Source of the DNA: Amoebophrya sp. A120
Taxonomy: Eukaryota; Protista; Dinoflagellata
Assembly (NCBI GenBank): GCA_905178155.1
Contig: CAJINV010000009.1
Span: 3,218,768-3,282,767 of the forward strand
Direction: 5' to 3'
Length of the DNA stretch: 64,000 bases
Each line of letters begins with the position of its first letter. Positions within the stretch are counted from its first letter, which is position 1. Positions 1 through 12,311 of this stretch are shown here, piece by piece. The notes under the pieces are model-generated. The model saw nothing but the letters and a program-made list of their open reading frames with translations, was not told the DNA's origin and did not search any database. Both the position numbers and the translations under genes were made by a program.

Positions 1-246
1 GTCTGGGTCTGGAAGGTTGGAACTTGTGATGCTAGCTTTGCACTCTAAAAACATCTGTACTGCATGACCAGCAAGAGGAGTCTAGTTTGTGCTACGCGGG
101 GAGGGCGTTTGTCATGCGGAGTAGGCATCAGGAAGCCCTCTAAAAATCTGTAATGCTAGGGCGTGCATTACAGACGTCCTGGGTCATGCAAAACATGCAT
201 GACAAGTCTCAGAATTTTCCAGACCCAGACATTTTTGCAATCCATA
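1..246. mobile_element. Introner-like element, family A (left end truncated by the window)
   Basis: GTCTGGGTCTGGAA at 1 and its inverse TTCCAGACCCAGACATTTTTGCAATCCATA ending at 246. Confidence 0.85.
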
Positions 247-1429
247 AGGCGGACGAGCTGGCGAATCCGGATCCGAAGAAGCGTAGGATTTGCAAATATC
301 GATCTGGGTCGACGTCTGGAGAAGTGAAACTTGTATTGCTTGGCTGGCGTTCCTGCAAAATCTGTATTGCCTGGTCGCGAAGCGCGAAAGCTGAAGCTCC
401 GTTTAAAACACATTTTTCAGTGTGCGCACTGCGCATGGGAGTGCGTCGGACCCAAGAACTACTTAGTAGCAAGCTTAGAACTGTAGCTCGCGTCATGATG
501 CACAGTTCATCCGCATCACATATTCAGTCCCAGACCCAGATCGAAGATGTTTGCAATGCATAAAGCGGGACGGAAAGCTGTCGGTGGACGAGCTGCACTC
601 GGTCTGCGACACGATCTGCAAGCCGGGCTCGGAAGCGGCCGCGTCTCTCGACGAGGCCACAGTGACCGCGGTCTGCAACTGCTGCCCCGCCAAAAGCGTG
701 ACCAAGACCAAGTCGAAAAAGAAGGAGAAGCAGAAGGAAAAGAAGGTCACCGTCACCAGCAACGCGGCGGGAGGAGACGAAGGTATAGATACTTCTGTGA
801 GTTTTACCCTGAGCAAAAACTGCGTTTCCACCCCCGAGTTGTCAAGTTGGGAACTTAGCAGCACAAGAACCAGAAGTTCTTTTGGGAGTTACACATTGGA
901 AATTCTTTCCTGTATAATTGTGGTACAGTTTAGCACGCATAAGCAAAGCCGCAATGCAAAGCTGTTGTCTTATCCTTATTTCAGCATTGCAAACTTTTCC
1001 AAAAGTAGAAACACTAGAAAATACTTCTCATGTTCTTGTTGGGGATGCGCATTACATACTGTTCTTTTATTGATTGCAAATCTGCATGACATCAACGAAC
1101 TCGACCAAATCCAGCTGCCGGCGAGGGATCCAGCTTTTTCCAGGATGCCGATGGCGCGATGGAGCGGTCCTCCAGCGGCAGCGCACCGGTCCAGCAAACC
1201 TTATCCCGCACAGAAAATGCTCCTCCTACTGCTTCGCACGCAGTGTAGAAGTACTTACTTTCTTGTCATGCGTAGTAATTTATTCCAAACAATAGGTCCG
1301 CGCGTCGATTGTCATGTTTGAAATTGCATGAGAAAAAAGTGGCAGACTTTGTAGTTTTCCACTGCGGGTTTTTTTTCTGGCGGATAAGATTCCCTGCGCG
1401 GTGCCGGGGCAATGAAGCAGGAGGTGTGA
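247..1429 (+). CDS. 3' part of an EF-hand-like protein (5' end lies outside the window); exons ~247-283, 568-782, 1115-1201, 1392-1429
   Basis: Removing element 284-562 plus one AAGCG gives ...NPDPKKRDGKLSVDELHSVCD (EF-hand-like loop). A GT-AG intron at 783-1114 gives AAGEGSSFFQDADGAM. Removing 1202-1386 leads to SLRGAGAMKQEV*. Confidence 0.5.
284..562. mobile_element. Introner-like element, family A
   Basis: TIRs present; TSD AAGCG at 279-283 and 563-567. Confidence 0.8.
1202..1386. mobile_element. Degenerate introner-like element (family C-like)
   Basis: TATCCCGCACAGAAAA ... TTTTCTGGCGGATA; TSD decayed. Confidence 0.5.
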
Positions 1430-2469
1430 GGAGCGTGGTGGAAGCCGAAGAGGAATGAAAAGGAAGATGATTTGATTTCCAAGAAAAGTAGGAATTGGGA
1501 AGGGAAACAAACGTACCAGACACAATAAATCAGACACATTGAATTAGGAGAAGCGATGAACTACAACCCAAGTAAAAATATGCTACGTCTACTTTAGCAG
1601 GAGTAGGGGAAAATAAAAATATTTATGATGTTGCAGGATACTTGTACAAATCTTGTATTAAAAATTCTGTAGGTGGTTTTAAGAGCAATACCCCGACTCC
1701 AAAGCCCCCCCACCCCGAGAATAAGTGCCTAAACCACGACGGGGCCAGAAGTTGTGAAAAGTTTGTACCAATTGTTGTATGATAATGGAAACGATTCAGA
1801 TTTGAAATACGAAAACGAGTCCAAATGATGATAAAGAATACTGTTGTACTGTATCGGAAATTAAAATTCATTAATCACGCTAGCAGCAGCTAGAAACTGA
1901 CCGGAGCTCTGGTAATAGCTGCCTGCGAGCACGGTTACTGTTTCTGCCTCGGGTCGACGTGATACAGCTTGGCGGGTTCAATTTGATGTCCGCAATGGAG
2001 CAGTTGGGCGGTGAGGACATAACGCCGGGACGACACCAGCACGGATGAAACATGTTGTCGTAGTCGGTATTTTTAAAGGCCGTCGTTGTGCTGGTACAAC
2101 TGAGGCGATAGTTGTGTTGGTGAATGAAGAAATGGCGTTGTTCATCAAAACTACACGACCGGCACCAGCTACCTCATGTAAATTTCCTCAAGCAAATTTC
2201 CGCATCGGTCCAGGATCAGATTCAATGACAATGTGTCTTCATCAAAGTTGTCAATTGATGTCCAGACAACCACGAAGGAATGCATTTTTGCATGCAGGGT
2301 TCTACTTGGCAGGAGGCAAGCAACGAGATGAAAAAAAGCAAGAAGAAGTAACTGCACAAGGTCGGTGGCGCGCGTTGCGGTCTACTTGTAAATCGTAGTT
2401 TGCACAAGGTCGGTTGTGCTGTAGTTTGTCGTGATTTTGGTAGAATTAACCGAATCTGTTCGATTCAAA

Positions 2470-5400
2470 ATGTCGAAATCGTCGTCCCCCTCTAAGCGGC
2501 CACCTGTATCGCGCAGGAAAGCACGACTCGCGTAGTATGCGGTGGGTTTGTCATGCGAGCTCGCTAATATTACCACGTTCAATTTTTATCGCAATCATGC
2601 AAGACAAGTGTGGGAATTCCGCTAGATTAGAATTTGATATTTGCATTAAATTCAATCCCCCAGACCAGTGCCACGCGAAGTTTCCTCGCTGATACCAGGC
2701 CCCCCCTGCGCCGCCGGAAGCGCCGCCTGTGAACCGCTTTACCCCGATCCCCTTTGCACCGCAGAAAAACAGTGGACAGTTCCGGGGGCCTACGCACTCA
2801 ATAACCACCGGCGCGGTTGATCAGGAGCACACCACCGGCGTGTTTAGCGAATTGGCACGGGAAAAGATTCACGATGAGGTGCAAGCAGAACGCCCACCGC
2901 AGGTCTTATGCGAGTCAACAACTAAGAGGGGGTTGATCTTCTTCTTGTGCTGGTGTCATTGAAAATTAAGTGTCGGATGTACTTACTTTTTGCCATGCTC
3001 ATGCAGAATCGCAAGCAGACCGAAGCAGTTAGCAGTGGTGCTGGTGCTGTCGTTCTCCGCTCGAAGTAGCAGCGATTCTGGTAGAATCAAACAACGCTGT
3101 TCGTATCTTCCTGTAGTGCAGCAGCCTCAGATGACGTTGAGTTAGAATTGTGCTCACGGGGGCTGGGGCATGTCTCGAAATCGCGTAGACAGGCACAAGG
3201 AGAGGAATCAAATTCCTTTTCTCATCGATCCCCGTCCGCCGAGGTTTTCGGTACCAATACGGTATTCGAGAAAGTGCGGCAAAAGCAGGACCCCCGTCTG
3301 GGGAAACTACACCTGCCATGGGAAAATCCGAAGCACTACAGCAAGGCAGATTTGTATCGCACGAAAAGACTGGTGATTTTTCACTGTGAACTTGTAATGC
3401 AGAAAGTGTACTAGCATCGCAAAGGCAAAAGTCTTTGTCTTTCTATACATGCAAAGCATTTCTAGCTGTGTTTTCCCCTATGATAGGCAACGTAAACTGC
3501 ATTTGTGATCGTGTAGAACAGAAACTTGTGATGCAAAACTCGCAAAGTTATTGTTATCACAGTGAAAAATTTTTCTGTGGAATAATTTGGACGGGAAATT
3601 CCCGAAGGTGCTGCGAGACCGGGGGTACGAAAACATGCGGACCGACGTGCCCAAGGAGCTTATCGAAACGGGCGACGCGCATAACAACATATCAAATGCG
3701 AAAATGTTTGGGTATGGAACAAAGCAACTTGTCATGCTAAATCTGAATCATGTAAAAATCAGTGTTGCATAATTACCAAAAGCTGTCCACTCTTGAGCTA
3801 ATCGAGAGGCAGTTTCTCATGCAGGATAGGCATGATAGGGATCTGGCAGAATCTGTCATGCTAGGTCCTGCATTCCAGACGACATGGATCATGGAAAATA
3901 TGCATGACAAATCGAGACAAAGGCAAAGTGTGTCGCACTTCTGTTTAGCATGACAAATCGAGAAATCTTCCAGACCCTGACATTTTTGCATTTGATACAA
4001 CAAAAAGATCGGCAAGTTGCTCGAAAAGCAGTTTTACGACAAAATTGCCAAGCATATCAAAAGGAAAAATCCCCCCTTCCCATATCGAGAAGGAAATATG
4101 TGATGCTGTTGTATTTGCAAACACAAATCAGATTTGTCTTGCAGTAGAGGACTGCACGCAGATCGCAAGCCTAGATAGGGGCCTGTTGGTGTAGGCGCCT
4201 AGCATGGTAGACGGCTACCCTGTAGTCCTTGCGGCATTACAAATCGCCCGCATAGTGTGGCATAGGATGCGGTGGTCACAAATCTGCATCGCAAAGTTTC
4301 CGCAGATACGTTTTCAATAAGAGGAGGGGCGATTTTTCCTTGCAATAAAGCAAAAGAAGCTGGCCGAGCTTGGAGCGCCCGAGTTTGGGAAGTTTGTCGT
4401 GCCGGGGGTGGTGGATTTGAAGGTGCTTTTTTGTCTTTATTTTTCCACAAAGAAAAAATCTTTTGTTTGTGATGCTGGCCGCGGTATCCTGATCCGGTTT
4501 GTGATGCGGCGATGGGTAGTTGAATTTTTGTACATGAGTTGAATAAAACCAGATGTCCTTCGACTGCATCGATCTGGACAAGGGAGGGCAGATATCCCGC
4601 AGAAAAAAGCAGGCAGGTCCTCACAATTGTAATGCAAAAACAAATACACAGAAACATCTGTCATGGGTGGCCCCATAGCATCCTGTTTGGGATATGCAGC
4701 GCAGATCTTTTTGTGTATTATTCTTTTGCAACACAAATTATATGACCTTCCTGCTTTTTCCTGGGTGATACCAGATTACGAAGGACCACCTGCGGCAAGT
4801 ACTTGCGCAGTGTGGCCACGCGCCGCTCGACGTAGAGCTAGAGTATGAGAATGAAAATAAAATTATGCCTCCTCGTCCCCATGTTCAACACGAAGATCAT
4901 CTTTCTGATGCTGGATTTGTGCAGCTGTTGTACACAAACTTAACAGTTCCGTCTTGCATTTAGGGACTGCGGCCAGAAGATCGATCCTGAGCCTCCTGGG
5001 TAGGCCGGGTGTTTGGATTTGGTCGCTTAAGCCATTGAAAACGGCTTCTAGCCTGAAGGTCCAACAACTGCACGGCAAATCGCTGCTATTATCTCGCGAA
5101 AAGAACCTCTGGCCGCGCACTTGCTTCCTCGTAGGCCGTCCACTGGCCGCACACACGGTTGATTCGTGGCCACAAATTCATTGGCCAGTTTCCTCTTGAG
5201 TGTGGGGAGAGAGGATTCATCATTTTTCTTCACGATATAGAGAACATGATCACGATGGCCTCCCTGGGCAAGACCTCCGACGGGGAACCGATGGTGGCGT
5301 GGGAAGGCTTTGAACAGCTGTTCCGGTCGCCCAAGGACATTTTCGCTCGAGTGGACATGAGCCGCATCACGGAAGTATGAAGTGCAAATATGTCTATGTG

Positions 5401-6583
5401 TGTCCTCTGCAAGGTTTACCATGTTTGCCCGACGGGAGCGCGAGGAAAACCTCTCATGCATATGACGAAGCAGCGCCATTTGTTTGTCATGCAATGCGGG
5501 TTGCGGATGACATAGCAGCTCGAAAAATTCTTGTCATGCGTGGGTCCAAATGGGAGGATGCTATACCATCGACACACTAGCATCACAAGTTTGATGTTCC
5601 CGACCCAGACATAAAATTTGCAGTGCATAGGAAGTGGACGCTTGGGAAGTGGGCGGGGGCGTGGACCTGTACCGCGAAGCCGGAGAAAGTGCCGACGTGA
5701 AAGACGTATAGATAGACGACAACGTGCTGTGTTTATTTTTCATCAGAACGACCTTGCAAATGCAATACGTATACGCGGCAAGGAAGCGGTTCGAGTTGCT
5801 GCTTCACTAGCACGAAGTACTGCACCCTTGTAAATTTTTGCAAAAAGTTGAATTTGGCAGGCAAGTACTATCCAATACGCCGATGTTGACATCAAATTCA
5901 AATAAGAAAATCATCAGGTCGACGTGGGCGTCGAAATTGGGGTGACGCAAAAGAACCGCGAGCTCGTTTTGAAGTACTTTTGCGTGGGCGCGCAGACGAT
6001 TCTGAAGCCGTCCGATCTGAAGCGGTTCTACCGGGATTTCCAGCGGGTCGCAGGGGCCTCGGACGAGTTGCCCTATGATCTGTTTTGCAAGTTCATAGAA
6101 CGCCCCCCGTCCGACGAGGTGAAGCAACTGTTCGACTTTTTCGATGCCGATTCTGGTGGTACGGTCTCGCTCAAGGAATTCATCATCGCGCTTACCAACT
6201 TCACCAACGCGAAGCCCGAGGAGAAGTTCAAGTTTTCCTTTATGCTCTACGACGAGGACGGTACGGAAAACATCGACGTGGAGGAACTGCGCGCCCTGAT
6301 CCGCGCGAACTACATGGTGGCGGGCTACATTTCCGAGGCAGAACTCGAGGAGAAAATCGAAAACGTGTACATCAGCATCAACTCCGACTACGGCATGAAT
6401 TTGAACCTCGCACTGTTTCTCCGGTGCGCCGCAAAAAATCCGCTCTTGTTTGCGCCGCACCCCATCGCGGACGACGAGATGGAGGCCCGTATGAAGGCGG
6501 AAGAGCGCATGCGCGGCGACAGGGACATACCCCGCGAGTCGAAGGAGGACAAGGACAAGAAGAAACAACCGAAAAACAAGTGA
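2470..6583 (+). CDS. Multi-EF-hand Ca2+-binding protein (calmodulin/calcineurin-B-like repeats), about 11 exons
   Basis: Spliced frame reads MSKSSSPSKRPP|APPAPP...ADL|DGKFPK...HNN|KKIGKLLEK...AKQ|KKLAEL...DLK|MSFDCIDLDKGGQI|TKDHLRQVLAQCGHAPLDVELE|NMITMAS...ITEV|DAWE...KD|VDVGVEIG...LFDFFDADSGGTVSLKEF...FMLYDEDGTENIDVEEL. The junction near 2903-3243 is uncertain. Confidence 0.75.
2507..2694. mobile_element. Degenerate introner-like element, now usable as GT-AG intron 2506-2698
   Basis: TATCGCGCAGGAAA ... TTTCCTCGCTGATA; flanks ACCTG and CCAGG. Confidence 0.55.
3355..3584. mobile_element. Introner-like element
   Basis: TAT...ATA ends, internal inverted TTTTTCACTGTGA / TCACAGTGAAAAA; TSD ATTTG. 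Confidence 0.8.
3690..3997. mobile_element. Introner-like element, family A
   Basis: TATCAAATGC...GCATTTGATA; TSD CAACA. Confidence 0.85.
4055..4347. mobile_element. Introner-like element, family B
   Basis: TATCAAAAGGAAAAATCCCCC ... GGGGCGATTTTTCCTTGCAATA; TSD AAGCA. Confidence 0.85.
4593..4770. mobile_element. Introner-like element, family C
   Basis: TATCCCGCAGAAAAAAGCAGG ... CCTGCTTTTTCCTGGGTGATA; TSD GCAGA/CCAGA. It splits an EF-hand loop. Confidence 0.8.
4844..5237. mobile_element. Degenerate introner-like element, family B-like
   Basis: TSD TAGAG; removal joins DVELE to NMITMAS in frame. Confidence 0.7.
5376..5629. mobile_element. Introner-like element, family A
   Basis: TATGAAGTGCAAATATGTCT ... 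TTTGCAGTGCATA; TSD GGAAG. Confidence 0.8.
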
Positions 6584-8077
6584 ATATGGTTTTTACGGTT
6601 ATTCACTACCTTCAGGAGAAACAGAACGCGGACGAGCTGGAAAAAAATCTGTCGGTGACTGGATGTCTCGTCGCCAGTTTTCTTGCAGTTTCGGTTTGCG
6701 ACTCGAATAATTGTTGGAAAGGGGTCTTCGTCTTTTACTTCCATCAACGAAACATTTACCGATCATTCTGGAGGACGGCCAGCTCTAAGGCGCAGCTGCT
6801 CTGCATGTCCTTGTTTTTCTCGTTTGGTCAACAGAACGCACGAAGCTACTTTTTGATTTTGTGGTTTTTGATGGAACAAGTAGATGGAGGACTCGACTGC
6901 TTCTCTGAGTGGTACTTGCTGGTGGTGGAAAAAGAAGCAGAAGCGCCGCCCGCGGCCTCTTCTTGACAAAGCCATTCGACGTCCGCTTTGGCGGGTTATT
7001 TTTCGTGTTCATAGTACAGCACCACCACCATCGGGTTCGGGAATAAGACAAAGACTATTGGACACGAGTTGTGCCGCTCCTCTGTGTTCCGCTAATGCGC
7101 CGCGCAAGGCGACTCAAGAACTTCTTTCTGAATAACAGAACCGTGGCGTTGACACTGATACTGTACTAATCTTTACACTGCGGTGGGGATCATGGATCGC
7201 TTCTTTATTTCGTCAAGTTTTTGTTTTCAAAAAAAAATGAAGATGATTGTCATTGTGAGTACTAACTTACCCCAGCCCACGCCGCCAAGGACGGGTCAGA
7301 TCATCCGACCGCAGCTTCTCTACTGCAGAATTATCATTTTCTTTAGCATGAAGCATTATGTGTCACGATGAAGTTTTTAGTTTTACCACATGCTCGGTAT
7401 AGAATTTCAATCTGAATCTATTGAATCGGGTAAAAATACTAGTTCCTCATTTTCATTGGACATCAAGAAAGAATGTTCATGCCAAAAATCTCGTCGCGGG
7501 AAATAATTCTGACCGATATATCCCCAACGACGTCCTCGTGGCCACGTCCAGCGAATCACTCGAGGGAGGTCTTCACCACTTTAGCCTGTGCTGTACCCAG
7601 GGTGGTGCGGCGGGGACAACTCTCGGACTTCTAAGTAGCTCCTCTCGACGTTTTTTTTTGCAACGTTGATGCAATATTGAATTATCGGGCAGGTGAACGA
7701 GTCTTCTACTGGTCTACATGGACTTCAGTGCGGCGTGCAGTACTTAGAACAGCTGCGTACGTTTACTTTCGATCGGCGCAGCGGGGTCTATATTTCCTTC
7801 GAAAAAATTTTTCGGAACGAGTGGTGATGTGCCACAGTTTACCACGACAGCACCCGCAGCGGTAGCTAGAACCGAGGAGCGCGCAGCGGGCCGGCTTACT
7901 CCTGTTCCTGGGGGACTTTACTTGCTTGTTTACGTCGTTACTTTACAACCTACGCCGTCCGACGCGACTCGATCGGAGGCAGAAACAGAATCTACTTCTA
8001 CGAAAACAAAACGAAAGAAACTTTCTCAGCCGAGGAACTGCAAACGAGAAACACTTTCTTCCACGACAGCACTAAAA

Positions 8078-11000
8078 ATGGCGTTTTGGATTTTACCGTA
8101 TCCTGAGCAAAAACTTCCCCACCCCATAGTCAAGTTGGTCTATCTGCAACACAAATCTCCAAGTTTTGGGCGTTGTGCATGACAAGTTCCCATCTGCAGT
8201 GTAGTGCTGGTTAGCAAGGGCAGCCACATGAGAAAGCCAGCTTGTCATCCTGTTTACAGCATTACAAAGTCCAAAACACGATTGGAAATTCCCCTCATGG
8301 AGATGCGCATTACAAATGTTCCCGTCATTACACATTTGCATGACAACTCTGGGGTAGGGACGTTTTTACTCAGAATACCCCGGTGGTGATCTTCATCCTG
8401 GTGGCCGGCTTTGTTGGGCTCTGGATGTGGACGGTGTTTCTGGAAACCGCGAGGCCAGCGTATCAAAATGAAAAATCCCCCCTCCCCATATCGAATGGAA
8501 GTTTCTGATGCTGGATTTGCGTACACAAATCAGATTTGTGTTGCTGGAGAGGACTGCAGGCCCATATCGTGGCAATGTAGAGAGGTTGTGGCCTAGGCAA
8601 TTAGCATGATGAACGCCTATGCTGTAGGCGCAGCAGCATTACAAACCGACTGCATAATGGGGCAAAGCCTATGCCGTTGCTTTCTTGCAAGACAGACACG
8701 ATTTGTGGTCACAAATCAGCATCGCAAATTCTCTGAGGCGTTTCTTTTCGATATGGGGAGGGGGGATTTTTACTTACGATACAGCGTCGGTGCGGTTCAT
8801 ATTGCACGGGCTACTCTTTGCCATCAGCTGTGGGGAAGTCTTCATTTGGTATTTTCATGCTGAGTTGCTTTTCGACGGAAAAATCCTTGAAGTACAACGA
8901 CTTTATGCAACATTTAGAGTGCAGGGTTTTTTTGTTTTCCTAAATTCGAGAACGAGATCAACATGGCGCTAAAATTTGTTCTCTGTTTCAAAACAAACAA
9001 GGTACCGAGGGTTTTTTAAGTGGTTCGTCATACTTCCTGCCCTCTTCGCGTCTTTTTGGGGACCTTATGCTGTGGGGAGACAGGAACCTCCTCCAAAATG
9101 GACCTGGTACTGAGCATGGATGCATGGCAACAAAGAGAAATACATGAGGAGAAATTGGATTGCTGTGATTCAAACTAACTTCTCCGATTTAGACACATGC
9201 AATATTTGTACAATTAGGTAGAAGTAGTGCTAGAAGTTGTTGCGATGTAGTACAGGAAAGACCACGAGTACACAATCTGAATATAGCCTTTTCGTGCCCT
9301 TGAGCATCAAGAGACAGCACCAGGATGAACAATTGCGGAGTCGTTTTCGTGCTTTTCCCCCCCATAGCCGGTTCGACGCGATACTGCGCTTATCACACAG
9401 AAAAAAGCGGGCAGGGCATATTTGTAATTCAAAAATAAATACGCAGAAAAATCTGTCACGCTTGGCCCCATAGCGTGCTGTTTCAGATATGCAATGCAGA
9501 TTGTTTTGTGTATTTATTTTTGCATTACAGATACCAGCCATGCCCCGGCTGATGCCGGGGCGCAAGGCTGTTGGGGCGGGGCAGGACTATTTGCGGATCG
9601 GGCCACAATGCCACAGGCCTAATATGCATAATGAAGCATACTGGAGTCCTACCGCCTGTTTGCGCGGCGCCAACCCGCGCGACCGCTTTCGCGCTTCCCG
9701 CGCCTGTGGGCGCTCTGCGCAGGAAGCAGCTGCGAAGGACACCGGGGGCGAACAGAAGCCGCCCGGCGCGGAAGGGTTGCGCGAGAGGGTGACGCGAGAG
9801 GGTGCGCGAGAGGGTGGCGCGAGAAGGTTCGGGCCAGCCTATGCATGAAAAGGCCACAAAAGAATCAGCCTCGTGCCAGGGGGATTCGGGTTTTTCTGAC
9901 CCTCTCGCAGACCCTCTTTTTGACCTCTCCTGAGAGGTGGTGCTAATAATCCGGCTATACTCACCGATAGAGGTCTGCAGAGGTGGCCGAGAGGTGGCCC
10001 AGAGGGTGCGCGAGAGCTTCGCCCTTATTCGCGCAACCTCTCGGCACCTCTGTCCCCCTCTCGCTTACCCTCTCGGGACCCTCTCGGCCACCTCCGTCCC
10101 CCATAGGCGCGGCTTTAGGGAGAACAATTCGGCAGGCTATACCCGCGCCACCTCTCGGCCACCCCCTCGAATGACTTCCCGCGCCACCTCTCCACCTCTG
10201 TCGACCTCTTTTTGACCTCTGTCGACCTCTTTTTGACCTCTCGGCCACCTCCCTTCGACCCTCTGTAGACCTCTTTTTTCGCATGAATATAATAGATAGC
10301 AATGCCCTTCCAGCTTTTTTCTGTGGGATAGCGCTACCCGGTTGTGCACGACATGGATTCCTTTTTTACCCTGAAAATCATCCTGCTCGTAGCCGGGAAA
10401 ACCATGCTCTTGTATCCCGTGTAAAAACAACATCCCCACCCCATTACAGTCAAGTTGGTAATAAATCTGCAACACAAATCTCCAAGCTAAGGGAGTTGCG
10501 CATGACAAGTTTCCGTCTGCAGCGTAGTGCTGGGTAGCAAAGGCAGCCGCATGAGAAAGCCACTTTCTCATCGTATTTAGAGCATTACAAATGCCAAAAC
10601 ACTCTCTTGCAGAGGCGCATTACAAATGTTCCTGTCATCGCACATTTGCATGACAACTGTGGGGGGGGACGTTTTTGCTCAGGATATCTTGGTCTGCGGC
10701 TTCCACAACTTGGGCAAGAATGCCGGGCTGTTTCTCCTGTGTCTCTTCCTCTGCGTGTGGTGCATACCGCTGCTGTATGAACTTCAAATATGTCTGGGTC
10801 TGGAAGGGTCGGGGCTTGTCATGCACATTTTGCATGACCCATCAAGTCTGTGACGCTGGTGCTAGCATCACAGTTTTTTTGAGAGCTTCTTGATGCTTAT
10901 TACGCATGACAAATGCCCTCTCCGCGTGCCAAGAACTGACTCCTCTTACTGCTCATGCAACACAGATATTTTTAGAATCTGCAGACAGCACTCTTCCAGA

Positions 11001-12311
11001 CCCAGACACTATTGCATTTGATATGCTGTACGTCATGGCGCTTCCAATAGGGGACACAAGGATGATGCTATCCAACTTGGTAACAATAAAGTATCGCACC
11101 AATGGCAATGACCGTGTCAAAGCGAAAAGAGATGAAAAATAATGCCTCCAAAAGTGAGTACTTCCTTACTTGCATGATGAGAATTCACTTTGCATCACGT
11201 TGAAGTTCCCTGTCGTAGACTTACCGATTCTGTATCAGAAGTCGAATCATGTTCTGCATTTTTCAAAATTTGGTCCACCATGTGTACGATACGTTTGCAG
11301 TGCATAGATGTACGCGAAAAACGACTGTATATGGCTGTTTTTGAAGTGATTCATTTCATTATCATTGGTAAAATGCAAGAAAATGGCGCCCCAGATCAGA
11401 TGGCAACAAACGTGATATAATTTTTTGGAAATTCAAAAAATGGGCCGTAAAAAAGAATGATATAACAAGTAGCAGTATCATGCATTCGCTGCCGCGGAAA
11501 CTCTAGTACATCCCCTCTCCTTTATATTTCGATTTCACACACCATGTTGTTGGAAGCCCCAAAATCAATTCCAGGTCGCGACATGGACATTTTGCGAAAG
11601 ATTTACCACGTTTTTTGCGTGCCCGGGGACAACAACGAGATTCGGTTGGAAGTATACGGTATCCACTGCATCTGCGACTAGGGGTGCTGCGACTGGCTCA
11701 GGAACAAATAAACCAAAAAGAATGCATGTTTTGTTGTGTGTGGGTGGCACACGCACAAGAATGGGAAAGAAGATTTTTCTTCCGAAAAGACAGTTGTAAA
11801 CTACCGTCGGTTTGTTGTATGTCGAATGTGTCTTCAGAAACGCGTTTTACACATATATAAAGGCGAGTCCAGATGATGATGATCAGTAGTAAAGCAGCAG
11901 CTCTTGACGTCCATAATTTAGAACCTGCGGAACCTCCGCGACGCCGTTGTCCAGATAGCCGCACGGGTAGTTCCCGGCATAGGTCCCTTCCTCGTAAAGC
12001 ACAACCTCATATTGCAAGGAAAATCCCGTGACTCCATAGTGCTCAAAGCGGAAATTAGTGATGCTGATTTCTCGTCACAAATTAGCTTTGACTTGCATGC
12101 TGCATAGGTGTGTGCATTATACCTAAAACACAGGTGGAAAAAATTGTGCTTTCAAGCCATCGGCGCAAGAGCAATACGAAGCTGTGATGCATAAACAAAT
12201 CCAGCCAGAGAGATTTCCTTCAGAATAGCTATGGGTGCAAGGGTGGATTTTTCATCTTGATACCCGATATCCGCAAGGTCACTGCGCAAACCGGCCGGGC
12301 GAGAAATATAG
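8078..12311 (+). CDS. Multi-pass membrane protein, probably TEX261/Svp26(Erv26)-like ER-Golgi adaptor
   Basis: Spliced frame reads MAFWILP|VVIFILVAGFVGLWMWTVFLETARPA|SVRFILHGLLFAISCGEVFIW|YRGFFKWFVILPALF...FDAILR|YPVVHDMDSFFTLKIILLVAGKTMLL|VCGFHNLGKNAGLFLLCLFLCVWCIPLL|YVMALPIGD. LCVWCIPLLYVMALPIGD recalls the Svp26/TEX261 CVWxxPF..VSLSAGD motif. The 3' exons are less certain. Confidence 0.55.
8099..8377. mobile_element. Introner-like element, family D
   Basis: TATCCTGAGCAAAAAC ... GTTTTTACTCAGAATA; TSD TACCG/CCCCG. Homologous to 10413-10686. Confidence 0.8.
8461..8781. mobile_element. Introner-like element, family B
   Basis: AAAAATCCCCCCTCCCCATATCGAA and its inverse; TSD CAGCG. Confidence 0.85.
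9391..10330. mobile_element. Family C introner carrying a nested ~760-bp insertion (9534-10293)
   Basis: TATCACACAGAAAAAAGC ... GCTTTTTTCTGTGGGATA; TSD GCGCT. Removal gives FDAILR|YPVVHD. Confidence 0.8.
10413..10686. mobile_element. Introner-like element, family D
   Basis: TIRs present; TSD TCTTG. Confidence 0.85.
10776..11023. mobile_element. Introner-like element, family A
   Basis: TIRs present; TSD TGCTG. Confidence 0.85.
12010..12262. mobile_element. Introner-like element, family B-like
   Basis: TATTGCAAGGAAAATCC ... GGATTTTTCATCTTGATA; TSD CCTCA/CCCGA. Confidence 0.65.

Noticed and set aside
1880-2170. Stop-free minus-strand frame ending ...RSVSSCC*
   Set aside because: No recognisable motif or start, and all supported genes are on the + strand.
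5807-6568. Long antisense ORFs here and opposite the helicase and kinase exons
   Set aside because: Shadow frames of real + strand exons.
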